Assembly (NCBI RefSeq): GCF_006345805.1 | Contig: NW_021835905.1 | Location: 1 to 37,415, forward strand | Source of the DNA: Octopus sinensis | Taxonomy: Eukaryota | DNA length: 37,415 nt | Reading direction: 5' to 3' | Shown here: piece by piece, positions 11,515 through 23,471 of the stretch | Layout of the letters: the number at the start of each line of letters is the position of its first letter | Numbering within the stretch: the first letter of the stretch is position 1 | Notes under the pieces: model-generated | Database searches by the model: none | What the model was told of the DNA's origin: nothing | What the model saw: only the letters and a program-made list of their open reading frames with translations | Program-made: the position numbers and the translations under genes

Positions 11515-11677
11515 CATATGTATGTCTGTATGTATATATATATATATATGAAAGTTTATATAATAAAGTATGTGTATGTGTGCTGTGCACGTATATATGT
11601 AATATGTATATGAAGATATGTGTATGTATGCATACATATGTGTAAATATACATGTATATATGTGTGTATATGTAAAC

Positions 11678-11723
<46 letters not shown>

Positions 11724-11724
11724 G

Positions 11725-11772
<48 letters not shown>

Positions 11773-11807
11773 CATGTGCATGTGTATGCGTGTGCCTATA
11801 TATGTAC

Positions 11808-11840
<33 letters not shown>

Positions 11841-12378
11841 ATATATGTATATATAATATGAGCATATATAGACACACGCATACAGATGCACACGCATAAA
11901 TGAGTGGATACATAAATATACATGCTTATATAACATGTATTCCAACTGTCTGTGCGCATACACGTATATGTGAGAGAAATGCATAATCTGGTTTCGATTT
12001 TTCCATTCGATTTGTCCCCATTGCCCTTCAGAAGGACATGAAAGTCACATTTCCATGCCGGCTAAATAAGTAATTATAATCCGCCCCAACGCCATCAACC
12101 TCGGCATTATCAATAGTGTATTTATATTAATATGAAAATGATAATAATGATGATGATGTGATGATGCTGTTAATAATAATAATTACCATTGCAGTATATG
12201 CATATGAATATATGTAATATATGCATGTATTCAAGCACAGACACCTATGCGGGGTGTAGGTGCGTGCGTATATGCATATGTATATATATATGATATATAT
12301 ATATATAGTATATATATATATGTATGTATATATATATATATATCTATATATATATATATATATATATATGATATATAT

Positions 12379-12421
<43 letters not shown>

Positions 12422-12426
12422 ATATA

Positions 12427-12491
<65 letters not shown>

Positions 12492-12638
12492 CATGCATGT
12501 ATATTCAGACATATATATATATATACGTATATATACATGTATATTCAGACATATATATATATATAATATATATATACGTGCAAAATGCATATATATATGT
12601 ATATATTATATATATATGCATATATATATATATATATA

Positions 12639-12680
<42 letters not shown>

Positions 12681-12800
12681 GCATCATTGATGCATATGTG
12701 TAGACATGTAACGTACATGCATGATGCGCAAGAATGTTTTAAGTATATATATATGCGTATAAGCTTATATATGTGTGCGTACGGAGGTTTTTGCATGTGT
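11345..12800. repeat. Large imperfect (TA)n/(TATG)/(TACA) low-complexity blocks (11345-11940 and 12250-12800)
   Basis: Direct observation. Source of about 15 spurious poly-YI ORFs. Confidence 0.95.
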
Positions 12801-13129
12801 GAGTTTTGAGGGTATGTGCTATTATGTGTGTGTGTTTGTGTGTATGTGTGAGTGAGTGTGCACGTGTATTAAAATTACACCAATATTGCATAGAAATAGG
12901 GATGATTATAAAGGCTGAAACATGCAATTTTGGATAAAAAAATATAAAAAGCATACATACACGCATGCGCACACACATATTTACACGCGCACAGACACGT
13001 AAAAATATATACAAAGATGCATATATATATATATACGTATATTATAAATACGAGCGTGTGTATGTATAGAAACATGCATGTATATACACATTGGAAACGA
13101 AAGAGCCACACAAACATAGTAACGTAGAC

Positions 13130-14280
13130 ATACAGCACTCGTACATACGCACGCACACACACACAGATGCACACACACACATATGCACACACACACACAC
13201 ACTCACACACCTGTGTAAGATATGCAAAATTTCATTAAAAGGAAATGAGATGGATAGATAGAAAGCTAGATAGATAGATAGATAGCAGATAGATAGATAG
13301 ATAGATAGACAGAATGAGAGAGAGGGGGAGGCGGAGGAGGAGGAGGAAAACAATAAGAGAAAGTGAAAGTAGAAAAGCGGGAAGGGGATGTAGCAACATT
13401 GAATAACTACATATCAGGCAGTACATTTTGTATGCAAATAATCAAGGACAATTTTTTTTATAGCCAAAATATGCACGAAGACTGGAATTTTAATCCTAGA
13501 GAATCCCTGAAAAACATTTCATTCGAGGCAAGAAGAAGATTTCAAAGACAGCCAAAGATATGAAACAAGGAATATTCTATGTAGTTAACATTTACGAGAA
13601 ATTATCTTTGTTAAACTAAAAACAAGAACTACAGCGAAGAATTTTTTTCTTTGCTGTAACTTCTAATTATATATGTAGATGTGAATGGTTGTGTAAGTGT
13701 AAATGGAATCGCGTAGGCTGATTGTGTTTATGTCGGCTTGTATGAGCGTTTGAGTTTGCGTGTGTGCGAGAGAGTGAGTATGTATCTAAAAGTGTGTGTG
13801 TGTGTATGTGCGTGTGTGTGTGTGTACGAGCGTGTGTGAGTGTGTGTGTATCCATGTACTCACATTTGTATGCATACGCATGTATATGTATATGCTTTTA
13901 CACGCTCTCATATATATATATATATATATTTGTGCACATAAACACACACATATATACACATACACACTGACACACATATATATATATATACATACAACTA
14001 TATATATATATATGTATATATATACATACACACACGCATATATATAAATGTGTATGTATACATACATATGCATATGTGTGTGTGAGTGTATATACGCATA
14101 CACATATATACTATGTACAAGCAGACACATATAAATACATACAAAACATAAATACATAGATTCATGGATATATACCCAGAAACATACACGTATACACACA
14201 TGCATAAATGCACACATTCAAAGATGGATATATGCATATATACATACATAAGTACATACACATATATATACACACATATC
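13130..14280. repeat. (CA)n, (GATA)n, (GA)/(GGA) and (TG)/(TA) low-complexity blocks
   Basis: Direct observation, with a unique stretch at about 13360-13660 in between. Confidence 0.85.
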
Positions 14281-14284
14281 CACA

Positions 14285-15067
14285 ATACTAAAAATGCATG
14301 AGTATATTTCCTGAAGACTGAAGAAGACATGAAGTGCAGCATCTCTTGAACTCATGACCAATACATCACACTAGACTTCGAAGGCTTTGCATATGCAATC
14401 CAAGAACACGAGATTGCTACGAAATACCAGTAAAGAACGAGACAGTGAAACTCTGACCTAAAATATAGATTATCTCATATTTCCGAGGGAGACATCATAC
14501 ATGTGATTAGCAGCAGATCAAAAATGTTATCAAGATACCAATTCCTTATGCGACATGGCGTTATCGCTAAAACAATACACAATGCCATTCGGCAGAAAAA
14601 GGCTGTCCTGGAATAACTTTAGAGAATTCCCTTGTTATTGAATACACATACAAACATCGACACAAGAAACACTAGTGGAATATTTCTATCAAAACATCTG
14701 TCAGGTGTTAATATAAGAGGCTTGATATTGTTGTTTGGAACATACAAGAAAAAGCATTTACCATCATAGGGATCAGCTATCTTGCTGATGCGGATGTCTC
14801 CTTGAAAATCAAAGAGAAACATAACAGCTACGGACAACTGCTTCGAAAACTCTTTTACTCTTTTACTTGTTTCAGTCATTTGACTGCGACCATGCTGGAG
14901 TACCGCCTTTAATCGAGCAACTCGACCCCGGGACTTATTCTTTTTAAGCCCAGTACTTATTCTATCGGTCTCTTTTCTCGAACCGCTAAGTGACGGGGAC
15001 ATAAACACACCAGCATCGGTTGTCAAGAAATGCTAGGGGGACAAACACAGACACACAAACATACACG

Positions 15068-15105
<38 letters not shown>

Positions 15106-15460
15106 CGACGGGCTTCTTTCAGTTTCCGTCTACCAGATCCACTCACAAGGCTTTGGTTGTCCCGAGGCTATAGTAGAAGACACTTGGACCAAAGTGCCAC
15201 GCAGTGGGACTGAACCCGGAACCATGTGGTTGGTAAACAAGCTACTTACCATATAGCCACTCTAGCTTTTTTGTAACTAGATAATATATTCACATTTATA
15301 CCAAAAATAATTGGTGCACTTTGATTTATGAGTGAATACCTAAGTGACAATTTAGATAAGATAGGGATTTTAGAGAAAGAAATCAACTAACTCGCAAATT
15401 ACGAATACACTCTGCTGGCAGAACAGTACAGTTATGCTAAACTGTAACATTGTTTTTCTT
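14285..15460 (+). mobile_element. Decayed R4/Dong-like LINE 3' region (zinc knuckle plus endonuclease), interrupted by a family A SINE
   Basis: THDQYITLDFEGFAYAIQEHEIATKY..YRLSHISEGDIIHVISSRSKMLSRYQFLMRHGVIAKTIHN, with further endonuclease-like segments in shifted frames. It resumes after the SINE as IFTFIPKIIGAL*FMSEYLSDNLDKIG. Collinear with 16830-17400. Confidence 0.8.
14851..15263 (-). mobile_element. SINE family A, full length, nested in the LINE
   Basis: Reverse complement is highly similar to 33961-34370. Confidence 0.92.
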
Positions 15461-15609
15461 ACCTACATTCAAACAATGGAGGTTTGTATTTTTGTTAGAA
15501 AACAGCTCCTTCCTCAGAGGAAGAACTTAAATAATTTCAATCAGAAGATAACATACACACATACATACATTCACGCATGCATGCATATATACATGCATTG
15601 TGACGTCAG

Positions 15610-17405
15610 AGATGGTTAAACTACAAAAAAGCCTTTGACTGTTCCTTACTCATGGATGCTTGAAGCCCTTCAACTTGCTAAAGTTTCAGTGAGAATAATG
15701 AAAGCCATACCTGACCTGACTTCATCGTGGGCCACCATCTTGAAATTAAACACAAAGAGTGACTGTATTATCACCGATAGAATACAGTATCGCAAAGGCA
15801 TATACCAAGGGGATAGCCTCTCTGTGATGTTGTTTATACTTTCTTATTTTTTTACTGCCCACAAGGGGCTACATACAGATGTTGTTTATACTTTCTGTAA
15901 ACCCCTTGTCATTCATGTTAAGGGAGCGTGAAGGATATCTCACTGGTTCACAAGGATTACAGAACTACCAGAATTACTGTTTCTTAGTGAATAACATAAA
16001 ATTTTATGCAAAGAATATGCATGAGATGAAAAAGAGCTTTGACCTAGTTACAACCTTCCCAAAGGAAGTAGGGTCGAAGTTTGGTCAGGATAAATCTTGT
16101 TTTATGGTTGTGAAAAGGGGGAAAAGTATAAACCAGACTAGTAACATCTCCATCAATGATTTGACCGTTTCCCCTGTATCTGACGAGGAATGCTACAGGT
16201 ATTTAGGGATGGATGAAAATATATCTTACAATGGCATCTGTAACAAAACATATGGCCCTAAAGAATATTACAGCAGAATAAAGAAAATTTGGACCTCAGA
16301 ATTCTCTCCATTCAATAAAACAGTGGCCCACAATGTGTTTGCATTGACAGTACTCATACCAACATTTGAGCTACTTCATTGAGCGCTTGTTGAGATCCGA
16401 GCCATTGATGTGAAAACCGGAAAAACACTAACAAGAACACATAATTTCCACATAAACAGTAACGTAGACCGCCTCTACCTAAAACAAAAACAAGGCGGCA
16501 GAGGCTAATTATCGATCCAAAATGTCTTTGAATGTCGCAAAATATCCTTTTGGGCAACATCTTTTAACCACCAAGTGTCGAAGTGCATCCCGTGACCAAG
16601 TTTGCATATATGAGGCTGATCATCATAAGACTTGGAAGGCAGCAGCTTGAGCAACACTCTTTGTCTGATAACCTAAAATACATGCCCAAAAAAGTCGCAC
16701 AACTCAACCGCAACGTGTCATCAGGTGAAAGGATGAGCATATGCGAGCAGAAGACTATGCATAGACATGTTAGTAGAAAGCTTTGTGATTATAGTAACAT
16801 CGCTCATAAAAGCAGTTTATCATGGACCAATAGCCGGATTCCTATCACCCACTTTGAAGGGTATGCGTTTGCAATCCAGGAACAGGAAATATCAACGTAG
16901 TACCTGATGCACAAAATGGATAGAGATGCAGTTGTCCGAAAATGTCATCACGGTATTATCTACAGATAAGATATAATGTTGTAGTTAGGACACTCTGCAA
17001 TGAAATCCGTCGGACGGATAATTTCGAGGACAAAGAAATAAGAAACCACAATATGGTAGAAGCCTTAACCACTCATAATAAAAAGGAATACTGGTGGAAT
17101 GTACCAGTGAAGATCTCTATAAAATGTAAGCACAACAGACTTGATATAATGATTTGGGATAGAAAAGAGATACTGTGCACAGTTGTGGAAATTAGTTGCC
17201 CAGCGGATGTTAACATGAAACTGAAGATCAGTGAAAAAGAGAAAACCTATGCTTAACAAATGAGAAACCTGCAGTTACTCTATCCATATTACAAGTTCAA
17301 GTTTATACTTGTAATTATTGGAGCCTCGGGATATGTAACACACTGCCTAAATACCAATATTGCGAAATTAGGCTTCCCAAAACCAGAAAGGAGAAAGTTA
17401 ATTCA
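15610..17405 (+). mobile_element. Decayed R4/Dong-like LINE: reverse transcriptase domains through endonuclease
   Basis: WLNYKKAFD/VPYSWMLEALQLAKV, YRKGIYQGDSLSVMLFILSVNPLSFML, FLVNNIKFYAK (catalytic DD replaced by NN), YRYLGMDE, FEGYAFAIQEQEIST, EYWWNVPVKISIKCKHNRLDIMIWDRKEILCTVVEISCPAD (ORFs 15635, 15879, 16583, 16942, 17260). Confidence 0.92.
15845..15877 (-). mobile_element. 33-bp 5'-truncated insertion of the family C 3' end with a 19-bp TSD
   Basis: gatgttgtttatactttct is duplicated at 15826-15844 and 15878-15896. The insert's reverse complement tgtatgtagccccttgtgggcagtaaaaaaata matches the C tail at about 33457-33488. Confidence 0.9.
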
Positions 17406-17414
17406 AATTTCATT

Positions 17415-17491
<77 letters not shown>

Positions 17492-17703
17492 ATGCTTGGC
17501 TGTGTGTGTGTGTGCATGCTTGGCTGTGTGTGTGTGCATGCGTGTGTTTGTGTGTACACTAATAACAACGAACTTAAAAGGAATACACAAAAACGGAATG
17601 TATGGAATATATTCTTGAAGCCATAATGTTAGGACCAGTTGTTTCATTTTGTAGTAACATATATATTGTTTCAATTCTATATTTAAGAGATGAGGAATTA
17701 TGT

Positions 17704-17870
17704 ACATTATTTACATTATTTACAATTGACGGATATTTGTCCTCATCTTGTTTGCTGTTAACACAACGTTTCGGCTGTTATACCCTCCAGCCTTCATCGG
17801 GTGTCTTGGGGAAATTTCGAACCTGGGTTCTCATTCCTAAGGTATTTATCGATGTTATTATTATTATATT
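17704..17870 (-). mobile_element. SINE family F 3' half carrying a hammerhead-like motif (Penelope pseudo-LTR-like tail)
   Basis: Shares its terminal 46 nt with 7499-7544, abuts (ATT)n at 17865-17927, and contains the motif at 17760-17805. Confidence 0.7.
17760..17805 (-). ncRNA. Minimal type-I hammerhead ribozyme motif (core U4>C variant)
   Basis: Minus strand reads GACAC-CCGAUGA-A-GGCUG(GAGGGUAUAA)CAGCC-GAAA-CG-UU-GUGUU. Stem I is 5 bp, stem II is 5 bp, stem III is the palindrome ACGU, and the cleavage triplet is GUU. Confidence 0.7.
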
Positions 17871-17919
17871 ATTATTATTATTATATTATTATTATATTAT
17901 TATTATTATTATTTTATTA

Positions 17920-17964
<45 letters not shown>

Positions 17965-18011
17965 TCTACTGCTCTATAACTTAGAGTCTTCTTCCCTTAG
18001 GGTTTATCATT

Positions 18012-18529
18012 TACTGGCGGAAGTAAAAAAATTATCCGCACTTTCACCATAAAATAGTTTTATTATTGTTACACTGCTTTCTGCGCATGCGTACTTATGG
18101 TTGATTCTATTGTGGTAACGTAATCGAAGTTTGATCCTGATCGCGCCGTTTTTTCTTTCAGGCTTTACGGTGTAAGTATGGCCGCTCCATTAGTAATGTG
18201 CACCAAATAAGCACAAAAAGCAGTGAAATGATTTCTCTGGTCGGAAGGTGTGTCAGGCACTGAAATTCATCGGAAGCTTTTAGCACAATTGGTTAATGGT
18301 TTCCACAGTCTGGGCAGCATTGTCATTGTCGTGCAACAACAAAACTTTCTTCGACAACAGCTTCGGCGTTTGGTGCAAATTACTGGCTTCAGTTTGTTGG
18401 CCAGTAAAGCACTATATCTTTCAATGTTAATCGTACACCTCTTTTCCAGATATAGGCCCTTCCAGTCTTCCAATATAGGCCCCTGTTGAGTGCCCCCAAA
18501 GGGTCAGATAATTTTGATTTGCACTCATA
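18012..18529 (+). mobile_element. Rearranged mariner remnant: 5' end on +, DDD-domain fragment inverted on -
   Basis: The + strand from ATG 18178 reads MAAPLVMCTK*AQKAVK*FLWSEGVSGTEIHRKLLAQ. The - strand (18286-18460) reads YLEKRCTINIERYSALLANKLKPVICTKRR/LLSKKVLLLHDN..AAQTVETINQL. Degenerate inverted ends share aaaattatc, and the right end abuts TA. Confidence 0.85.
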
Positions 18530-18538
18530 TATATATAT

Positions 18539-18813
18539 TACTGTAACTAGGTAAATAAAATCTTCGAACAGACGGTCAGTAGCGACACCTGCTGGTTCTG
18601 ACTACGCTGCATTGATAAAGGGCAATAACCCTGAAACATGTCTGCAGATGTCTGACTAGCAAGGTGAAGCGGCTGACCTCCCCTGTTCGAAGGTTGAAAT
18701 GGACGCTGGTTCGTGTGTCATATAGCTAGCTAGAGGCGATGGCCCCTTGGAGCTAATCAGCGACAGCTTTAGTCTTATATTTATAGACTGCCATATTAGT
18801 ATGGCAATAACTA

Positions 18814-18816
<3 letters not shown>
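18539..18816 (+). mobile_element. About 280-bp non-coding, structured, hammerhead-bearing element between (TA)n runs (retrozyme- or Penelope pseudo-LTR-like)
   Basis: Bounded by TA runs (18528-18538 and 18817-18853). Contains the hammerhead at 18607-18647, enclosing helices 18562-18571/18683-18692 and 18574-18579/18673-18678, and a tgccata-ttag-tatggca hairpin near the end. Confidence 0.6.
18607..18647 (+). ncRNA. Minimal type-I hammerhead ribozyme, U3-A8 core variant
   Basis: CUGCA-UUGAUAA-AGGG(CAAUAA)CCCU-GAAA-CAUG-UC-UGCAG. Stem I is a perfect 5 bp, stem II is 4 bp, stem III is the palindrome ACAUGU, and the GUC triplet predicts cleavage after 18642. Confidence 0.8.
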
Positions 18817-18852
<36 letters not shown>

Positions 18853-18854
<2 letters not shown>

Positions 18855-19200
18855 GCAGGCATTGTTGTGTGGTTAAGAAGATCGCTTTGCAGCCCTTATC
18901 ATCACGGCTTTTGAGCTCAGTTCGACAGTAGGGCAAGTGGTCTCTAATACACCTTCGACGACCATTGCATTGTGATTGAATTTTGTCTGCGGAAACTGTG
19001 AGGAAGCCTGTCTTATCTGTGTGTGTATGTGGGGGTGGGGCATATTTCTGTTCTCCCCATCATCACATGACAGTCGGTGTTGGTTTGTTTCTGAGTTCAG
19101 CAAAATTCGCCGATAAAGTAAGTAGTAAATTTAATATATAAGAATTGTGATCGATTTGTTCGACTAAACCCTTCAAGTATCGGCCCTAACATGGTTGTAG
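18853..19200 (+). mobile_element. Old, diverged family A-like SINE
   Basis: gcaggcattgttgtgtggttaagaag..tagggcaagtggtc..cggaaactgtgaggaagcctgtc..catcacatgacagtcggtgttggtttgttt follows the family A layout. Confidence 0.65.
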
Positions 19201-19224
19201 TAAAGGACTAAAAATATTTAAAGA

Positions 19225-20745
<1,521 letters not shown>

Positions 20746-21219
20746 TGTTTCCCCCATTCCTCTTTTATGAGAATTTTGACATCTTATCTCCTTTTTTTTT
20801 CTTTTTACTCTGTTTTCTCTGTTGTTGATAATTTTTTTACATTCCCCATCTCTCCAACTTTTCTCAAACATTTCTTGTTATGAATTTCTAATCGCTGCTA
20901 AAACATCAATAATGCGTCTTCTTTTCTCCATCAACTACCACCTGCGACACACACACACACATATACGTGTGTGTGTGTGTTTACATATATACATAAACAC
21001 ATACATACATGGACACACAAACACACATGTATATATATATATATACATGTACACATACATATTCATATGTGTGTGTGTGTGTGTGAGTGTGCGTGTATGC
21101 GTGTGTGCGCGCACGTGTGTAGAGGTTCAAATGTTGCATTTTCTCAGTGAAAGAAGCGAATACTCAAATACTTAATATACGACGTAGAATATATTGTTTA
21201 TTTAAAATAAATTGTTCTC

Positions 21220-21260
21220 CTCGTTATTCGAGTTTCACGCCATCGCGATCTTCAGGCGAA
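21220..21260 (-). ncRNA. Degenerate minimal hammerhead-like motif
   Basis: Minus strand reads UUCGC-CUGAAGA-UCGC(GAUG)GCGU-GAAA-CUCGAA-UA-ACGAG. The core is intact, and there is one mismatch in each stem. Confidence 0.45.
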
Positions 21261-21326
21261 ATTTGTCTTCTTCTGGTCTGACTATCTGTATGGTCACACA
21301 AACGAGAATACTGAAAATGAACCCGA

Positions 21327-21553
21327 CCGCTCTCAAAATTAAGTGAAAAAAAACGGAAAATTAATCCAGAATACTTGTCGTGTTCCGGATTGATCCCAAA
21401 ATCTAGTTAGTTCGTGTCAGTCACGAGGCAAAACATCCCTGAAAGTTTCACCTGAATCTATACAGCGGTTCTTGAGATATCTTGTCCACAAACAAACAAA
21501 CAAACAAACATGAATGAAAACAATAATTCCGCCTTCGTTAAGGCGGAGGTAAT
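21327..21553 (-). mobile_element. Non-autonomous Helentron-type (HINE/DINE-like) element
   Basis: Minus strand begins attacctccgccttaacgaaggcggaattattgttttc, with an 8-bp hairpin (21528-21535/21540-21547) followed by a (GTTT)n tract. This architecture resembles HINE/DINE-1 elements. Confidence 0.6.
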
Positions 21554-21562
21554 AATAACAAT

Positions 21563-21736
21563 AATTTCAACAATAGTTACAAGGCTTATCGGTTACATTA
21601 GCTGCAGGACTCAGTTGGTCTTCTATCCACCCTGAAAGGATGAAAGGCAAAATCGTTCTCTGGGGCATTTAAACACCGAACGTAAAGAGTTGGAAGAAGA
21701 CGATTTTGTCCGGAGCGGCAAAAATTCTACCATCTC
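21563..21736 (-). mobile_element. Old family C SINE (diverged)
   Basis: cctgaaaggatgaaaggcaaaatcg is the reverse complement of the C core gactttgcctttcatcctttcgggg. Confidence 0.6.
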
Positions 21737-22017
21737 ATAACGATAATATTTTTTTCTGTTGTCTCTGAAAGAATCGTATCGAGCGAGAAAACATTGAGCA
21801 GCAACGATGTAAATAACTGGGTTCGTTAAATAAATATACTCTACATTATGTACCGAGTACATTTTCGCTAATTTGTTAAGCTAACTTACACACACACATT
21901 CATATTTATATAGATATATATTATAACAATTGATATTAACATTGGTTTCACATTTTGGCACAAGGCCATTGGTAGTATTCCATCGGTACTTACTTTATCG
22001 CACGTAAGAGGCTTGAT

Positions 22018-22316
22018 CTCTTCTTGTCTTGAGACAGCATTCACCCGATGTGGGTTGAGCTGGCTTCATTCATCCTCAATGCTGCATCTCTCACAAACGC
22101 CGACCAGACCTCGCGATTTGAGGCTAACGACCGCGTGATCTCCAACCAGTCCTTATTCTAGCGGCGAACACCGTAGATATGGGGGCCTAGGTTGGGTTCC
22201 AGATCAGCCTTGACTATCATCAGCCAGATTTTTCGTTGTCCACCTCATCGCTTTCGCCAACCTTGAAGGGGAGCTGGGGCAATTGCTTCGTAGATGAATT
22301 CTCCTGGTTGATGACT
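22018..22316 (-). mobile_element. 5'-truncated RTE-like LINE 3' end with a 13-bp TSD
   Basis: taagaggcttgat at 22005-22017 and 22317-22329. Translation gives QGWRKR*GGQRKIWLMIVKADLEPNLGPHIYGVRR*NKDWLEITRSLASNREVWSAFVRDAA, an RTE-type C-terminus, then a short caagacaaga tail. Confidence 0.75.
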
Positions 22317-22430
22317 TAAGAGGCTTGATGGCAAGCAATAAGTAAATAATTATTGTATGGAAGGCATATTTCCTTATTTTACCCATGGTGACAAAAGCTT
22401 ACCTCTAAAGATACCTATCATATGACAAGT

Positions 22431-22749
22431 GGAGGCGCAATGGCCCAGTGGTAAGGACAGCGGACTCACGGTCGGAGGATCGCAGTTTCGATTCCCAGAC
22501 CGGGCGTTGTTCGTGTTTATTGAGCGAAAACACCTAAAGCTCCATGAGGCTCCGGCAGGGGGTGGTGGCGACCCCTGTTGTTCACTTTCGCCCTAACTTT
22601 CTCTCGTTCTTTCTTCCTCTTTCTTGAGTAACGCTGCGATGGACTGGCGTCCTGTCCAGCTGGGGGGAACACATACGCCATAGAAACCGGGAAACCGGGC
22701 CCAGGAGCCTCGCTAGGCTTGAAAAGGGCGCATAAATAATAAAAAAGAA
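22431..22749 (+). mobile_element. SINE family B head with alternative tail T2, full length, 12-bp TSD
   Basis: TSD catatgacaagt at 22419-22430 and 22750-22761. The tail contains ctgcgatggactggcgtcctgtccag. Confidence 0.92.
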
Positions 22750-22803
22750 CATATGACAAGTATGTGTATATTTATGTTTATACGCACAAACACACACGCG
22801 CGA

Positions 22804-22859
<56 letters not shown>

Positions 22860-22885
22860 TATATATATATGTGTGTGTGTATATA

Positions 22886-23170
22886 TATTGGTTCGAAAGA
22901 AAGTCCTGTAGCATTTCTAATATGATCCCATTTAGGATGTTTTTTCAATACTTAAGCATTTATTTTTACATTCTGATATGCTTCCTTCTTCTCTGCAGAT
23001 TAATTTATACCATAGTAGTAAAATTCGTATCGATTTTTACCCTTTTAAAACGAGTTGAGATCAAACTCTTATCAGACATTGCATGCTGAGTGAATTCAAG
23101 GTGTTTTTTTCTAGTAAAAGTCACGGCAACAAATATTCATTCTATGGAAATGAAGCTTTTAGTGCCTTTT
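22886..23170 (+). mobile_element. Mariner 5' remnant (TIR-like start plus HTH N-terminus)
   Basis: Begins after TA with attggttcgaaagaaagtcc. Translation LIRHCMLSEFK..YGNEAFSA resembles the mariner N-terminus (RHCMLxEF, YGxEAxS). Confidence 0.55.
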
Positions 23171-23199
23171 ATATATCTTTTATTATTTTACTCATTCCA

Positions 23200-23365
23200 G
23201 GCATTAGATTGCGGCCATGTAAAACTTTTGGTCGAGTGAATCGACTATCTTTCTTAAAGCCTGGTACTTAATCTATCGATATCTTTGCTGAACCGCTAAG
23301 TTACGGGTACGTAAACACACTAGCACCAGCACCAAATGTCGAGCAGTGGGGGGGGGGAACAAACA
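23200..23365 (-). mobile_element. SINE family A tail fragment
   Basis: tgcggccatg..gaaccgctaagttacgggtacgtaaacacac matches the reverse complement of the A tail. Confidence 0.8.
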
Positions 23366-23471
23366 CATACATACACACGCACACACATACACACACACAC
23401 ACACACCACACACACACACACACACACACGTCTGTGTGTGTGTATAGCCCGAGACTAGAATAAAAGACACT

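Noticed and set aside
15610-17405. Functional reverse transcriptase gene
   Set aside because: Multiple stops and frameshifts, a SINE micro-insertion, and the catalytic DD replaced by NN.
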